Origin: Candidatus Stahliibacteriota bacterium | GTDB taxonomy: Bacteria > Hydrothermota > Tepidihabitantia > B3-TA06 | Length of the DNA stretch: 64,000 nt | Assembly (NCBI GenBank): GCA_004375895.1 | Contig: SOJW01000057.1 | Coordinates: forward strand, 11,063 to 75,062 | Reading direction: 5' to 3' | Shown here: positions 42,740 to 51,820 of the stretch, one piece after another | Position numbering within the stretch: position 1 is the first letter of the stretch | Layout: each line of letters begins with the position of its first letter | Notes under the pieces: model-generated | The model's input: the letters and a program-made list of their open reading frames with translations, nothing else | Databases searched by the model: none | What the model was told of the DNA's origin: nothing | Program-made: the position numbers and the translations under genes

Positions 42740-45358
42740 CTACATAAGCCCCAGCATCTGTAAAAGAAACCGGGAGGGCCTTGTGGGCTGACGAAACCGG
42801 CGGGCGGGCATAGAGACATAAAGCTCATCCAGACAACGCGTTATAGCCACGTAGCACAGACGCCTCTCCTCTTCTAAAGCATCTGGATCAGCAAGGCTGC
42901 GGGTAAGGGGCAGGAGACCTTCCACCAGACCCGTAAGGAACACCACCTTGAACTCAAGCCCCTTGGCGGAGTGAATGGATAAGAGCTTGACCGCGTCCCT
43001 CGACCACTGGGCAAGCTCCAGATCCTCAAGGAGTGCAACGTGATCGAGGAACAGCCCCAGCTCCCCTTTGCCGAACCTGGCTGAGGCTTCCTTTAACTCC
43101 TCCAGCGCCTCGCTTGCCGCTTGCGAAGAAAAACGCCTTTTGGTTACCTTGGCGTTTCTAATGAACTCAAGCAGATCGGTTGGAGTTACCTCATCTGCCC
43201 GCTTACCCCACTCGGCAAGACCTTCAAAAAACTGCTCGATCGAACGGCGCGACCGGCTCTTGGCCTGAGGGGAGAGTTTCAAGATACCCTCCTCTACTAT
43301 TAGAGGGTTGGTCTCGGGTTTGAGGGAAAGAAGCCACTGCCAGGCCCGGATGGAGCCGGCAAAGGAGCGCTCGCGCATAAAGGCAAGGATTGCGAGCAGG
43401 TTACAGACCTCCTCGCGCTCGTAGAAAGGCTCTGAGCCGATCACGCTGTAGGGAATTCTTTCCGAGGAAAGTGCCTCCTCGAACGCCCGCGAGTAGGAGT
43501 TGATGCGGTAAAGCACCCCGAAGTCGGAGGGCAGGTAGCCCTTCTCCTGCATGAGGCCTTTGATACGCTCGACCACGAAGCGCGCCTCATCTGCCACTCC
43601 CCTAGACTTGTAGAGCTCGAAGTGCCCCGCGTTCTTTGCAAGGGAAAGATGCGGAACCCCTGATGAATACTCGGAGCCAGACATCAGGTTCCCTGCTACT
43701 TTGATGAATTCTGCACCCATCCTGAAGGAAGCGTTAAGCTTGTGTCGCTCGATTGGGGCAAAAACCCTTTTTGCCGCTTCTATCAACCGGGGATCGGCAC
43801 CGCGCCAGGCGTAGATGGACTGGGCCGCGTCGCCTGTAAGAAAGAGTCCGGTATCCGGCCCGCAGATCAAGCGCAGGAGCTTGAACTGCAAAGGATGCAG
43901 ATCCTGCAGCTCATCCGCTAATATATGGAGGAACTTGGAACGCCACTGGTCCCGAAGCTCGGAATCTTGCTCAAGCAGCTGGACGGTTTTAATCAATAGA
44001 TCGTCGAAATCCACCGCGTCCTTTTGCTTTTTGGCCTCCTCGTAGTCCTGCCAGAAATCACGAATCTGCTTATCTGACGGTGTCCGGGCAGGGTAGTCCT
44101 TAATGGTCTTGCCTGCGAGCCTGAGGTTGGCAAGACTCTCGGCAAGTGCTCTTGCCCGGTTCCTTCCCCATTTCTTGCTAATAATATGTAGAATTTCACC
44201 AGGATTGGCCACCTTGAACTCAGGCGAAAGATCAAGCCGCCATCCCTCGATGCGCAGGAGGCGCCAGCCGAACGAGTGGACGGTCTCGATCCACACATCG
44301 GGTAAGCTTCTGCCAAGCAGCCTCTCCAGCCGCCTACGCATCTCCTCAGCAGCCCTGCGGGAGAAGGCAAGAAAAAGAAGCCTGTCCGGAGAGAGGCTTT
44401 GTTTTGTCAGATAATAGGCCCGGTGTACCAGCAATGTTGTCTTTCCCGTGCCTGCCGCACCTACCACCAGTAACCGATTCTCGGCTGATTCAACGATGTC
44501 GCGCTGCTCAGCGGTGAGTGTTATTCCCTCAACCAGGGATCGTTTTGCGGATACGGTGGGCAGGACCCCCTTATGTCCACGAGCTTCCAAAGCCTTGAGC
44601 ACCTCGGCTGCGGTCTGCGGCCTTGCCTGGGCGTCCTTTGCCAAAAGAGAGAGGATTGTGCCGGTGATCGTTTTGGGGATCTGGGGCCGCAGGCGCGACG
44701 GATCGGTGGGGGCTTCATTCATGAGCTTCGTGCGGATCTCCTCGTAGTGCTCACCCTGAAATGGGAGGACACCGGTAAGCATCTCATACAGGATGACCCC
44801 CACGCTGAAAAGATCTGAGGAAGGCAGGAATCTACCAGACCATGCTTCAGGGGACATGTAGAAAGGGGTACCCGCCACCGACGCGGCAAGCGAACCCTTG
44901 CGCAGAAACCGGGCCAGCCCGAAATCCGCAACCTTGACCTCGCCCTCTTCGGTCAAAAGTATGTTCTCGGGTTTGAGGTCGCGGTGGATAACGCCCTTTG
45001 CATGTGCATAGTCCAGTGCGGAAAGCATCTGCCTTGTGATACGCAACGCGTCGGCGATATCAAGACGACCCTGGTCCAACTTATCCCGCAGAGCAGAGCC
45101 CTGAACAAACTCCGTCACCAGCACGAACTGACCCTTGATGCGGTCTACCGAGTAGAAGCGAACGACGTTCGGATGAGAAAGACCTGCAAGCAGTCGCGCC
45201 TCATCCTTGAGCATCTGGATATCTGAAGGCCGCATGCGCGAGACCTTGAGCGCGAAATCCATATCGAGGATTGTGTCATGCGCCAGGTAGACGTCCCCGA
45301 ACTGACCGCCGCCAAGCCAGCGAAGGATTCGATACTTGCCAAGGGTCTGTCTGATCAA
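42740..45358 (-). CDS. Ser/Thr protein kinase fused to UvrD-like SF1 helicase
   Basis: 872 aa with a TTG start. Kinase motifs: GGGQFGDVY, FALK, HRDLKPEN, DFG, SPE. Helicase motifs: GAAGTGKTT, ILADELQD, GDAAQSIYAWRGA, NASFR, SIHSAKGLEF, YVAITR. Confidence 0.85.
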   Translation of the reverse strand: MIRQTLGKYRILRWLGGGQFGDVYLAHDTILDMDFALKVSRMRPSDIQMLKDEARLLAGLSHPNVVRFYSVDRIKGQFVLVTEFVQGSALRDKLDQGRLDIADALRITRQMLSALDYAHAKGVIHRDLKPENILLTEEGEVKVADFGLARFLRKGSLAASVAGTPFYMSPEAWSGRFLPSSDLFSVGVILYEMLTGVLPFQGEHYEEIRTKLMNEAPTDPSRLRPQIPKTITGTILSLLAKDAQARPQTAAEVLKALEARGHKGVLPTVSAKRSLVEGITLTAEQRDIVESAENRLLVVGAAGTGKTTLLVHRAYYLTKQSLSPDRLLFLAFSRRAAEEMRRRLERLLGRSLPDVWIETVHSFGWRLLRIEGWRLDLSPEFKVANPGEILHIISKKWGRNRARALAESLANLRLAGKTIKDYPARTPSDKQIRDFWQDYEEAKKQKDAVDFDDLLIKTVQLLEQDSELRDQWRSKFLHILADELQDLHPLQFKLLRLICGPDTGLFLTGDAAQSIYAWRGADPRLIEAAKRVFAPIERHKLNASFRMGAEFIKVAGNLMSGSEYSSGVPHLSLAKNAGHFELYKSRGVADEARFVVERIKGLMQEKGYLPSDFGVLYRINSYSRAFEEALSSERIPYSVIGSEPFYEREEVCNLLAILAFMRERSFAGSIRAWQWLLSLKPETNPLIVEEGILKLSPQAKSRSRRSIEQFFEGLAEWGKRADEVTPTDLLEFIRNAKVTKRRFSSQAASEALEELKEASARFGKGELGLFLDHVALLEDLELAQWSRDAVKLLSIHSAKGLEFKVVFLTGLVEGLLPLTRSLADPDALEEERRLCYVAITRCLDELYVSMPARRFRQPTRPSRFLLQMLGLM

Positions 45359-46272
45359 TTTACTGCAGGGAAGAAGGAGGCCTGAAGGATGTTATCCTTA
45401 TCGACCAGGGCACGGCCCACCAATCTTCGGTCCTCAAAGCGCCAGTCCTCGCCTTTGGACACGCCGGGGTAAGTGGACGGTTCAAGGCTCGAGATTCGAT
45501 CAAGAAACCTGTTCAGTTCCCTTCGGGCGGGCGGTGACCCTACCGACCGCCGTTCCATGGCATCCAGCGCGTAGCCGCGAAGCAGCCGAGGGGTGAGCCT
45601 TTTGAAGAGATCAGAGTCAGCGGCATACTCAAAACCAAGGATCTCCTTACCTGCGGCAACGATCATACCCTGTGCACCTGCAAGTTCTTCTGCATCAAGC
45701 GCGTAGCGCGCGGTCTCATCCGCAAGGGTGGTTGCAAGATCGTGAAAGGACGAGGTGGCGGAGGAGACCTCAAGCGAGGTGAGCTTGCGTGTGACCTCGT
45801 TCCAGATAAGTCGCTGGGGTGCGCGGAAGCTTTTATCGGACCGCAGGGATTCGTTTACCCCGCGGCAGATGATGGAGCGCAGCCTGGGATGGGTGCTACT
45901 GAAGGAACCCTCGAAGGAGCTTGAACCGCCCCAGCGGCCCTCCTCTATACACGCTACAGGTACAGGGACAGAGGTTCGAGCGTCGATAAGTGCAGCGGTG
46001 GTAGTAACCCTTGTCTGCTGGGCGCCGAATATCTCCTCACCGTCCAGCAGGAAGAGCGGTTCTGAACCCTGGTTGTCAAGGATGATCTCTTCGACCGCAG
46101 GAACCTCCAACTCGCTTACGCTGACCGTACCCGCATCCATGGCTTCGGAGAAAGTGGCAAGATTGATCTTGATGCCGCCGCCATTGGATAATGGGTAGAC
46201 AGTCAGGTTCCGAACGAACAGAGGATCGTCTATCTTTAGCTTTGCCAGGCTCTCAGAAAGAGTCACGGGCAT
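45355..46272 (-). CDS. ARPP-1/DUF6569-like protein (family call from memory)
   Basis: 305 aa: NLTVYPL ... VSVSELEVPAVEEIILDNQGSEPLFLLDGEEIFGAQQTRV ... VPVACIEEGRW. The stop overlaps the TTG start of the kinase-helicase, and the start overlaps the rimI stop by 10 nt. Confidence 0.45.
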   Translation of the reverse strand: MPVTLSESLAKLKIDDPLFVRNLTVYPLSNGGGIKINLATFSEAMDAGTVSVSELEVPAVEEIILDNQGSEPLFLLDGEEIFGAQQTRVTTTAALIDARTSVPVPVACIEEGRWGGSSSFEGSFSSTHPRLRSIICRGVNESLRSDKSFRAPQRLIWNEVTRKLTSLEVSSATSSFHDLATTLADETARYALDAEELAGAQGMIVAAGKEILGFEYAADSDLFKRLTPRLLRGYALDAMERRSVGSPPARRELNRFLDRISSLEPSTYPGVSKGEDWRFEDRRLVGRALVDKDNILQASFFPAVN

Positions 46273-46754
46273 TCTCGCCTGGCTAAGGATTTAAAAGATT
46301 CCTCGATTGAGGCTCCCATCTCGTAGGCGTCGGAGCCGGCCTCGTAGTAATGCGAGCGCTTACGAAATATCTTAAAACCGGCTTTCCGGTACAAACGAAC
46401 CGCCGCCAGATTGGTGGTGCGAACCTCAAGATAGGCCCACTCGCATCCGGCATCGCGGCCACGTTCAAGTATCTTGCGCAGCAACATCTTGCCGTATCCA
46501 CTTCTTCGCACGCCAGAGTCAACCGCCAGATTCACTACGTGAAGGATGGGTATCTCATCGCTCTCGACCCTGGCAGATGCATAACCTTGAACAACGTCGT
46601 CAACGTCAAGCACAAGGCAGACGGCGTTTTCCAACCCGCATAACTCCTTAATCATCTGCTTCGACCACGGCGCTTTGAAGGACACCTTCTCAATCTCACA
46701 GACTCGTTCAAGGTCAACCGCCTGCATGGCTCTAAGGTTTGGGCTTCTTTGCAT
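46263..46754 (-). CDS. rimI: ribosomal-protein-alanine N-acetyltransferase (GNAT)
   Basis: GNAT core (VVNLAVDSGVRRSGYGKMLL) in the usual position after tsaB. The start is uncertain: 46754 or 46727, and the track start 46889 is unlikely. Confidence 0.75.
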   Translation of the reverse strand: MQRSPNLRAMQAVDLERVCEIEKVSFKAPWSKQMIKELCGLENAVCLVLDVDDVVQGYASARVESDEIPILHVVNLAVDSGVRRSGYGKMLLRKILERGRDAGCEWAYLEVRTTNLAAVRLYRKAGFKIFRKRSHYYEAGSDAYEMGASIEESFKSLARRECP

Positions 46755-47421
46755 CTGGCATTCGCAGGTAGAATGGTTCAAGATCGGCCGGGTCGCAGGC
46801 ATCTTCCCGCCGCTGCCAGGCAAGCAGGGCAAGGGCCGAAGGGGTGGGAGCGATCTGAGGATTTTCAGGCATATGTAGGCGTTCCCCAAGGGACGCTCGC
46901 AAAGACTCTTCGTATTTCAGACTTGCAGGACCGAAGACCCTCACAGGCTCTGTGTGCACAGGGCTTCCCGCAAGGGAAGCGATGAACGCTGGATCAACAA
47001 TCACCGGCTCACTGACTCTCTTCGATCCCCTGTAGAGTGCGGTAAAGACCTCGTTCTTGTAGGCGTCGAGCACGGGCAAACGGAACTCGGTTTCGTTTTC
47101 GACACACAGGCTCGCGTTGAGCACGTCGAGCGTCATAACAGGAACGATCTTTAAGCAATGAGCGAAGGCTATTCCTTTGGCCACAAGCAGGCCGATGCGC
47201 AGGGCGGTGAACGAACCCGGGCCGATCGAGACCCCGAGCACAGACAGGTCGGCAAAATCCTTAGCTGTCTGATCCATGACCTCCGCGATCAATCCGGAAA
47301 GCACCTCGTTGTGCCTGGAGCGGCTCTCAACACTCCGCTCGGCAAGAATCTTATCCTTCTCGGCAAGCGCCACGCCTGTCCAGCTGGAAGACGTCTCGAT
47401 TGCCAACACCAGATCGCTCAC
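46732..47421 (-). CDS. tsaB: tRNA t6A37 biosynthesis protein TsaB
   Basis: 229 aa with N-terminal LAIETSSSWTGVALAE and GPGSFTALRIG. Confidence 0.88.
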   Translation of the reverse strand: MSDLVLAIETSSSWTGVALAEKDKILAERSVESRSRHNEVLSGLIAEVMDQTAKDFADLSVLGVSIGPGSFTALRIGLLVAKGIAFAHCLKIVPVMTLDVLNASLCVENETEFRLPVLDAYKNEVFTALYRGSKRVSEPVIVDPAFIASLAGSPVHTEPVRVFGPASLKYEESLRASLGERLHMPENPQIAPTPSALALLAWQRREDACDPADLEPFYLRMPDAKKPKP

Positions 47422-47858
47422 TCGAGCCTCTTCTGGATAGGGCCGCTGATAGTTATCCGGCGATGGAGAGGGTTATTGGAGCAAAACCCGATCTGGATGC
47501 AACTTACCCGTCCGGGCAGCCAGCCAGCGTGTTCTGACCACTCCACAAGCATCACGCCATCTTCGTTATAGATCTCCTCAAGGTGCAGGCCGTCCACACC
47601 TGCCTGATCGAGGCGGTAAAGATCCACGTGCTTGATCTCGAAATCAGCCTGATAGCTACGCACCAGAACAAAGGATGGGCTCTGCACCTTCTCGCCGACC
47701 CCAAGCCCCTCGATGATTCCCTGGATCATGGTGGTCTTTCCTGAACCGAGCTCCCCCTTTAAGGCAAGCACGTCTCCGGCCTGGATCCTCCGGGCTATGC
47801 GTTTGCCGAGCTTATGGGTCTCTGCAGGGCTCCTGGTCTCAAGCTTGATCAATCTCAT
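47418..47858 (-). CDS. tsaE: tRNA t6A37 biosynthesis ATPase TsaE
   Basis: 146 aa with Walker A GELGSGKTT and SPSFVLVRSY. Confidence 0.88.
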   Translation of the reverse strand: MRLIKLETRSPAETHKLGKRIARRIQAGDVLALKGELGSGKTTMIQGIIEGLGVGEKVQSPSFVLVRSYQADFEIKHVDLYRLDQAGVDGLHLEEIYNEDGVMLVEWSEHAGWLPGRVSCIQIGFCSNNPLHRRITISGPIQKRLE

Positions 47859-48636
47859 CCATCCTGTGTGGTTGATTTTCGCCCTCCCCTCTATTCAAAC
47901 GGTAGAGATGAAGACATCCCTTAAGGGTAAGGTCGCGGTCCACGATCTCTATGGCGTTTGCAAACGGGGCAAAGCGATCGGCCAGGCCGCCGGTGGCTAT
48001 AAAGGTAAAGTCTATCTTTGTTTCTCTTCTGACCGCGGCCCGCACCGCCTCAATTAACCCTACCGTCAGAAGATAGGAACCCGACTGCAGGCACTCCTCG
48101 GTCGAGCGTCCAACGTAGCGGTCAGGCTTTTTAGGCTTGATCTCAAAAAGCTTCGGGGCTTTGGATATGAGATTATGCAGACTGGCTTCAAGACCGGGCG
48201 CAATGATACCGCCAAGATACTCCCCCTTGCTCGTGACGAAATCTATGGTGGTTGCCGTACCGAAATCCACTATGGCCACGTCCTTGCCGTACTCGAAGTA
48301 AGCCCCAACCGCGTTGGCGATACGGTCAGCACCAAGATTGGAAAGGTTGCGGTAGAGGATGGTTATGCCTGTATTGACATAGGGTGTAACGACCAGAGGA
48401 TTCCCCAGGTTGAACCGGCTGCGAAACATCTCAACGAATCGCCCGGTAAGTTCAGGCACCACCGAACAGATCACCGCGCCCCCGGGCTCCTGGATCCCCA
48501 GGGTTTTGAACTCTATAAATATCTCATCCGGTGTGTGCTCAGGATGAGTGGCCAGACGCGCAGCCGAGGTCAAGCCAGCGCCCTCGGCTGTAGCTACCTT
48601 GGTGAAGGAGTTGCCTATATCAACAAGGACTATCAT
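47839..48636 (-). CDS. coaX: type III pantothenate kinase
   Basis: 265 aa with LVDIGNSFTKVA and VDFGTATT motifs. Confidence 0.9.
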   Translation of the reverse strand: MIVLVDIGNSFTKVATAEGAGLTSAARLATHPEHTPDEIFIEFKTLGIQEPGGAVICSVVPELTGRFVEMFRSRFNLGNPLVVTPYVNTGITILYRNLSNLGADRIANAVGAYFEYGKDVAIVDFGTATTIDFVTSKGEYLGGIIAPGLEASLHNLISKAPKLFEIKPKKPDRYVGRSTEECLQSGSYLLTVGLIEAVRAAVRRETKIDFTFIATGGLADRFAPFANAIEIVDRDLTLKGCLHLYRLNRGEGENQPHRMDEIDQA

Positions 48637-49364
48637 CTCGCCTCAAGAAGGTGCTGTGCCGGAACGGTGAAGAGCTCACCCTCAGAGCCCTGAACCAACG
48701 CCTCGCCTGATGGCCCGAGGTCAAGAAGACGGCCGGTGTATGTTCTGTTATCCCGGATAACCTTGACCGGTTGATCGGCCTCCAGGAGAACCCGGCGAAT
48801 GGAGGGCTGAAAGAATCGAAATCCATGCTCGGCAAGCTCGTCCATCGCCTTAAGCATACCAGAAACTATGGGGATAAGCAAGACCTCAATATCGAACTCA
48901 TGGCCTGCGAGCATACGCAGCGAGACCGCAGAGGAAGCCAGGCCGCCTTCAAGCCCCTGCTGGTTAACGTTTACCCCCACCCCGATACCCAGGCGAGCGT
49001 CCCATCCCTCAACCACAATACCGGCAAGCTTTTTGTCTTCCGCGTAGAGATCGTTCGGCCACTTCAGCTTGAGGGACAACACCTTTGAGCAGAGCTCTTT
49101 CCATAAAGCATATGCAGATACCAAGGGCACCGCCCAGTCCTCCTTTTGTCTCCGGACTACCAGGGTAAAGTAGAGCCCTCCCCTATCCGATTGCCAGCGT
49201 CGTCCCAACCTGCCCTTGCCGGCGCTCTGCTCTAAAGCACAAACGAGATAAGGCGGCGACGCTTGTGATGCACGAGCCGCGTCCTGGGTGGAGGTGACCT
49301 CCTCGCGGAACTCTACATGGGAAAGATCCAAGGCCTTGCTAATCCTTGCTGCGTCCATGATCAT
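48633..49364 (-). CDS. birA: biotin--[acetyl-CoA-carboxylase] ligase (group I, no HTH)
   Basis: GKGRLGRRW motif and a WPNDLY segment. Start moved to MIMDAARI (49364). Confidence 0.85.
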   Translation of the reverse strand: MIMDAARISKALDLSHVEFREEVTSTQDAARASQASPPYLVCALEQSAGKGRLGRRWQSDRGGLYFTLVVRRQKEDWAVPLVSAYALWKELCSKVLSLKLKWPNDLYAEDKKLAGIVVEGWDARLGIGVGVNVNQQGLEGGLASSAVSLRMLAGHEFDIEVLLIPIVSGMLKAMDELAEHGFRFFQPSIRRVLLEADQPVKVIRDNRTYTGRLLDLGPSGEALVQGSEGELFTVPAQHLLEAR

Positions 49365-49681
49365 CAAAAAAGGCAAGCGGTAGGAACCAAAGCAACACCA
49401 TCTAATCGCAGAAAACCTCTCGCTTGTCCGGTTATTAATCCCCCTGCCGTGAACTGCGCGTAGCACGAGGTGTCTACGGAGAACGCCAGCTCGACTACCG
49501 TGACGGTATCAATCTCGTCCCCGGGGATCGTAATCATACCTTCCTGATACGCCTCGATCAGCACGGGCGCTGCGGAAAGGGAGGCGGCTGCGAGCAGGGC
49601 GAGGGCTGCCTTTATGATTCCACCCCCTCTTTTATTCTCCCCCGTCAAGGGGGAGATAACGGAAGATTGTACTTTCTTCAT
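49364..49681 (-). CDS. hypothetical small secreted protein (weak call)
   Basis: 105 aa with a hydrophobic segment IIKAALALLAAASLSAAPV. The first ~20 codons are encoded by an H6 hairpin repeat, and the stop touches the birA start. Confidence 0.3.
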   Translation of the reverse strand: MKKVQSSVISPLTGENKRGGGIIKAALALLAAASLSAAPVLIEAYQEGMITIPGDEIDTVTVVELAFSVDTSCYAQFTAGGLITGQARGFLRLDGVALVPTACLF

Positions 49682-49988
49682 GCGTCCTCCTTTTTAATCA
49701 CCCCACAAATCCGCTGGAAGCAGTTACTCCGTGAGCGTCGTCATTCCATGTTGCGGGGACCCCGAAGGGCGTGTTCATAATCATGCTTTAATTATAGGTC
49801 AATTCTGAGGGTGTCAAGTTTTGCCCCCCTCACCCTGCCCTCTCCCGCCAGGGGAGAGGTAACAACAGCGGAAGGTTGACACGGCTGTCTTTTATACCCC
49901 CACAAATCCGCTGGAAGCCAAAAAAGTTAGAGTGATTTTTCAAGAATACCATGAAGAGTACACTCATTCACCCCTGGATGGCTGAAGC

Positions 49989-51212
49989 CTAGAAGTCCTC
50001 TAAGGCCTTAACCTGTTTATCCTTGCTGAGGATTGCAAGTGGAAGATGCAGGGATACGTAGGTATGGTTGTGCGGGCTGCGGAAGAGATCTCTGGGGAAG
50101 AAATCCATCTCCAACCCTTCCTTTATGGCAAGTATCATCCCGGAACGCAGGCGAAGCTCGAGGTTAAAGAGAAGCCTTGACTGTGAATGGCGTCCGCTCC
50201 ACGGTTCAGGAATGAGCGTATCGTTGTTGTAGCGATAGCGCCATGAGCGCTGATAACCGGCCTCTATCAAAAGCACAGGCAGAGGATGCCAGCTTGCAAT
50301 GGTTGAAAGGACGTCGTAGTCCCTGAAATAGGTAAGTGAGTCCATATCCCTGCGGGTATCCCAGATACGGTGCTCAACACGGAGTTCCAGACGATCTGTA
50401 GGAGAAAGGGATATAAAAGGTTCAAACCATAAGTCTCTCAATGTATCCGCGGTTAGTGTATCCCTACCCTCCCTGCCCGGCCAGAGGGTCTGGGAACGAT
50501 TACCGCTCCACCCGAAACGAGCACCCAGCCACAGGTTCCGCACCGGTCTTAGCTCTAATCTTCCCCAGGCCAGGCTTCTATCCTGGTCGCGATCCCACAC
50601 ATACTGTATGCTGTCCGGCCAGCAAAGATACTGAGCCGATCGAGTCCCCAGCTCAGCGTGGAAACGCAGTCGTGCCCAGCGAAGCTCCCCACGTGCATCA
50701 AGCTCAAACTTGAAGGGGATTCGCCTGAACGGGTCGTTATCAGGACCCTGGGGGGTATGCATAAGGCTGAAGTTATGATCAAAAGCCTGGGCTATGGCAT
50801 AAAAGGCGAGCCAGTCCGTGCTCCCCCTGCGCCAGGCCATCCCGACCCCGACCTCGTCGTCCTTCTTGTAGAATGCAGGAACTATAACCAGATGCGCGTA
50901 GAGATCGCGCCAGATACGCATCGTCGGCTCAAACCGGTGCCGGGTGATCGCCACATCGTAGTCTCGAACCATGTAGAACTGGTAACGCAGCCTGAAGGTG
51001 CGGTTGACGCAGGCGTCGGTCTTGGCCTCATATAGCTGGTACCAGTGCTTCATGTCGTGGCATCCCTGGGAGGTGCGGAATCCTGAGGGCGAGGTCTCGT
51101 ACACCTTATCCCAGTAACGTGAGAACTGAGCTATGTTGACATCCATCCCCAGGTAGATGTTGGTATCCTGAGACTGGCTGAAAGCCAGCAGCCCCAGCAG
51201 AACGATCATCAT
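49989..51212 (-). CDS. hypothetical outer-membrane beta-barrel-like protein
   Basis: 407 aa with signal MMIVLLGLLAFSQS, abundant aromatic-ended strands and a C-terminal Phe. Confidence 0.6.
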   Translation of the reverse strand: MMIVLLGLLAFSQSQDTNIYLGMDVNIAQFSRYWDKVYETSPSGFRTSQGCHDMKHWYQLYEAKTDACVNRTFRLRYQFYMVRDYDVAITRHRFEPTMRIWRDLYAHLVIVPAFYKKDDEVGVGMAWRRGSTDWLAFYAIAQAFDHNFSLMHTPQGPDNDPFRRIPFKFELDARGELRWARLRFHAELGTRSAQYLCWPDSIQYVWDRDQDRSLAWGRLELRPVRNLWLGARFGWSGNRSQTLWPGREGRDTLTADTLRDLWFEPFISLSPTDRLELRVEHRIWDTRRDMDSLTYFRDYDVLSTIASWHPLPVLLIEAGYQRSWRYRYNNDTLIPEPWSGRHSQSRLLFNLELRLRSGMILAIKEGLEMDFFPRDLFRSPHNHTYVSLHLPLAILSKDKQVKALEDF

Positions 51213-51400
51213 TGCGAAACTTTAGTCATGGGTCTTAAAATGTCAAGTGCGCTGCGATTCCCGCTTGATCGAATATACCCGCCGGCATCTGCCTGCCTGG
51301 CAACGATCCCTTGTCGCCCGAACATTATGCACTTTACAGACCGCTGTCAATCGCATACGCCGCCCGCACCCCGCGCTTGGCTTAGGGCGTCAAATGGGGG
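51192..51400. repeat. ~209-bp direct repeat R1 (includes the first 21 nt of the 49989-51212 gene plus its upstream region)
   Basis: Matches 51555-51764 with about a dozen substitutions. The first ~63 nt are identical. Confidence 0.9.
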
Positions 51401-51503
51401 ATTCGACGATGCGGATTTCCTCCTCGGTCAGGTCGTAGAGCTTGTATATGAGTTTATCAATCTCGCGGTCGGTGTAGTCAATCCGGCGTTTGAGGGCTTC
51501 GTG
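51390..51503 (-). pseudogene. relic of the C-terminus of a type IIG/Eco57I- or PglX-like R-M methyltransferase
   Basis: The minus strand reads HEALKRRIDYTDREIDKLIYKLYDLTEEEIRIVESPI-stop. The IDxLVYxLYxLTEEEIxIVE tail is characteristic of those enzymes. It is fused in-frame to the duplicated MMIVLLG start and to an 18-bp tandem duplication (51508-51543). Confidence 0.55.
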
Positions 51504-51554
51504 GGCCGTGGAGGACACCCTCTTTGTGGAGGACACCCTCTTAGGGTGTCCGGA

Positions 51555-51764
51555 CCCCAGCAGAACGATCATCATTGCGAAACTTTAGTCATGGGTCTTA
51601 AAATGTCAAGTGCGCTGAGATTCCCGCTTCCTCAAATATACCCGCCAGCATCTGCCTGCCTGGTAACTATCCCTTAGCGCCCGAACGTTATGCACTTTAC
51701 AGACCGCTGTCAATCGCATACGCAGACCGCACCCCGCGCTTGGCTTAGGGGGTGTCAATGGGGA
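51555..51764. repeat. ~209-bp direct repeat R2
   Basis: Second copy of R1. Confidence 0.9.
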
Positions 51765-51773
51765 GGATGGGGG

Positions 51774-51802
51774 TTGACAACCGGACTTAAATAATTTATA
51801 CT
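51774..51802 (+). promoter_or_regulatory. sigma70-type promoter TTGACA-17-TATACT for the R-M cassette
   Basis: -35 at 51774-51779 and -10 at 51797-51802. RBS AGGAG at 51811-51815. Confidence 0.5.
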
Positions 51803-51820
51803 TCATTGATAGGAGTGAAG

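Noticed and set aside
46263-46889. Track start at 46889 giving a 208-aa RimI that overlaps tsaB by 158 nt
   Set aside because: The first ~45 residues (GNAYICLKILRSLPPLRPLPCLPG...) are the alternate frame of the tsaB 3' end. The GNAT domain begins after MQRSPNLRAMQAVDL, so the start was moved to 46754 (or 46727).
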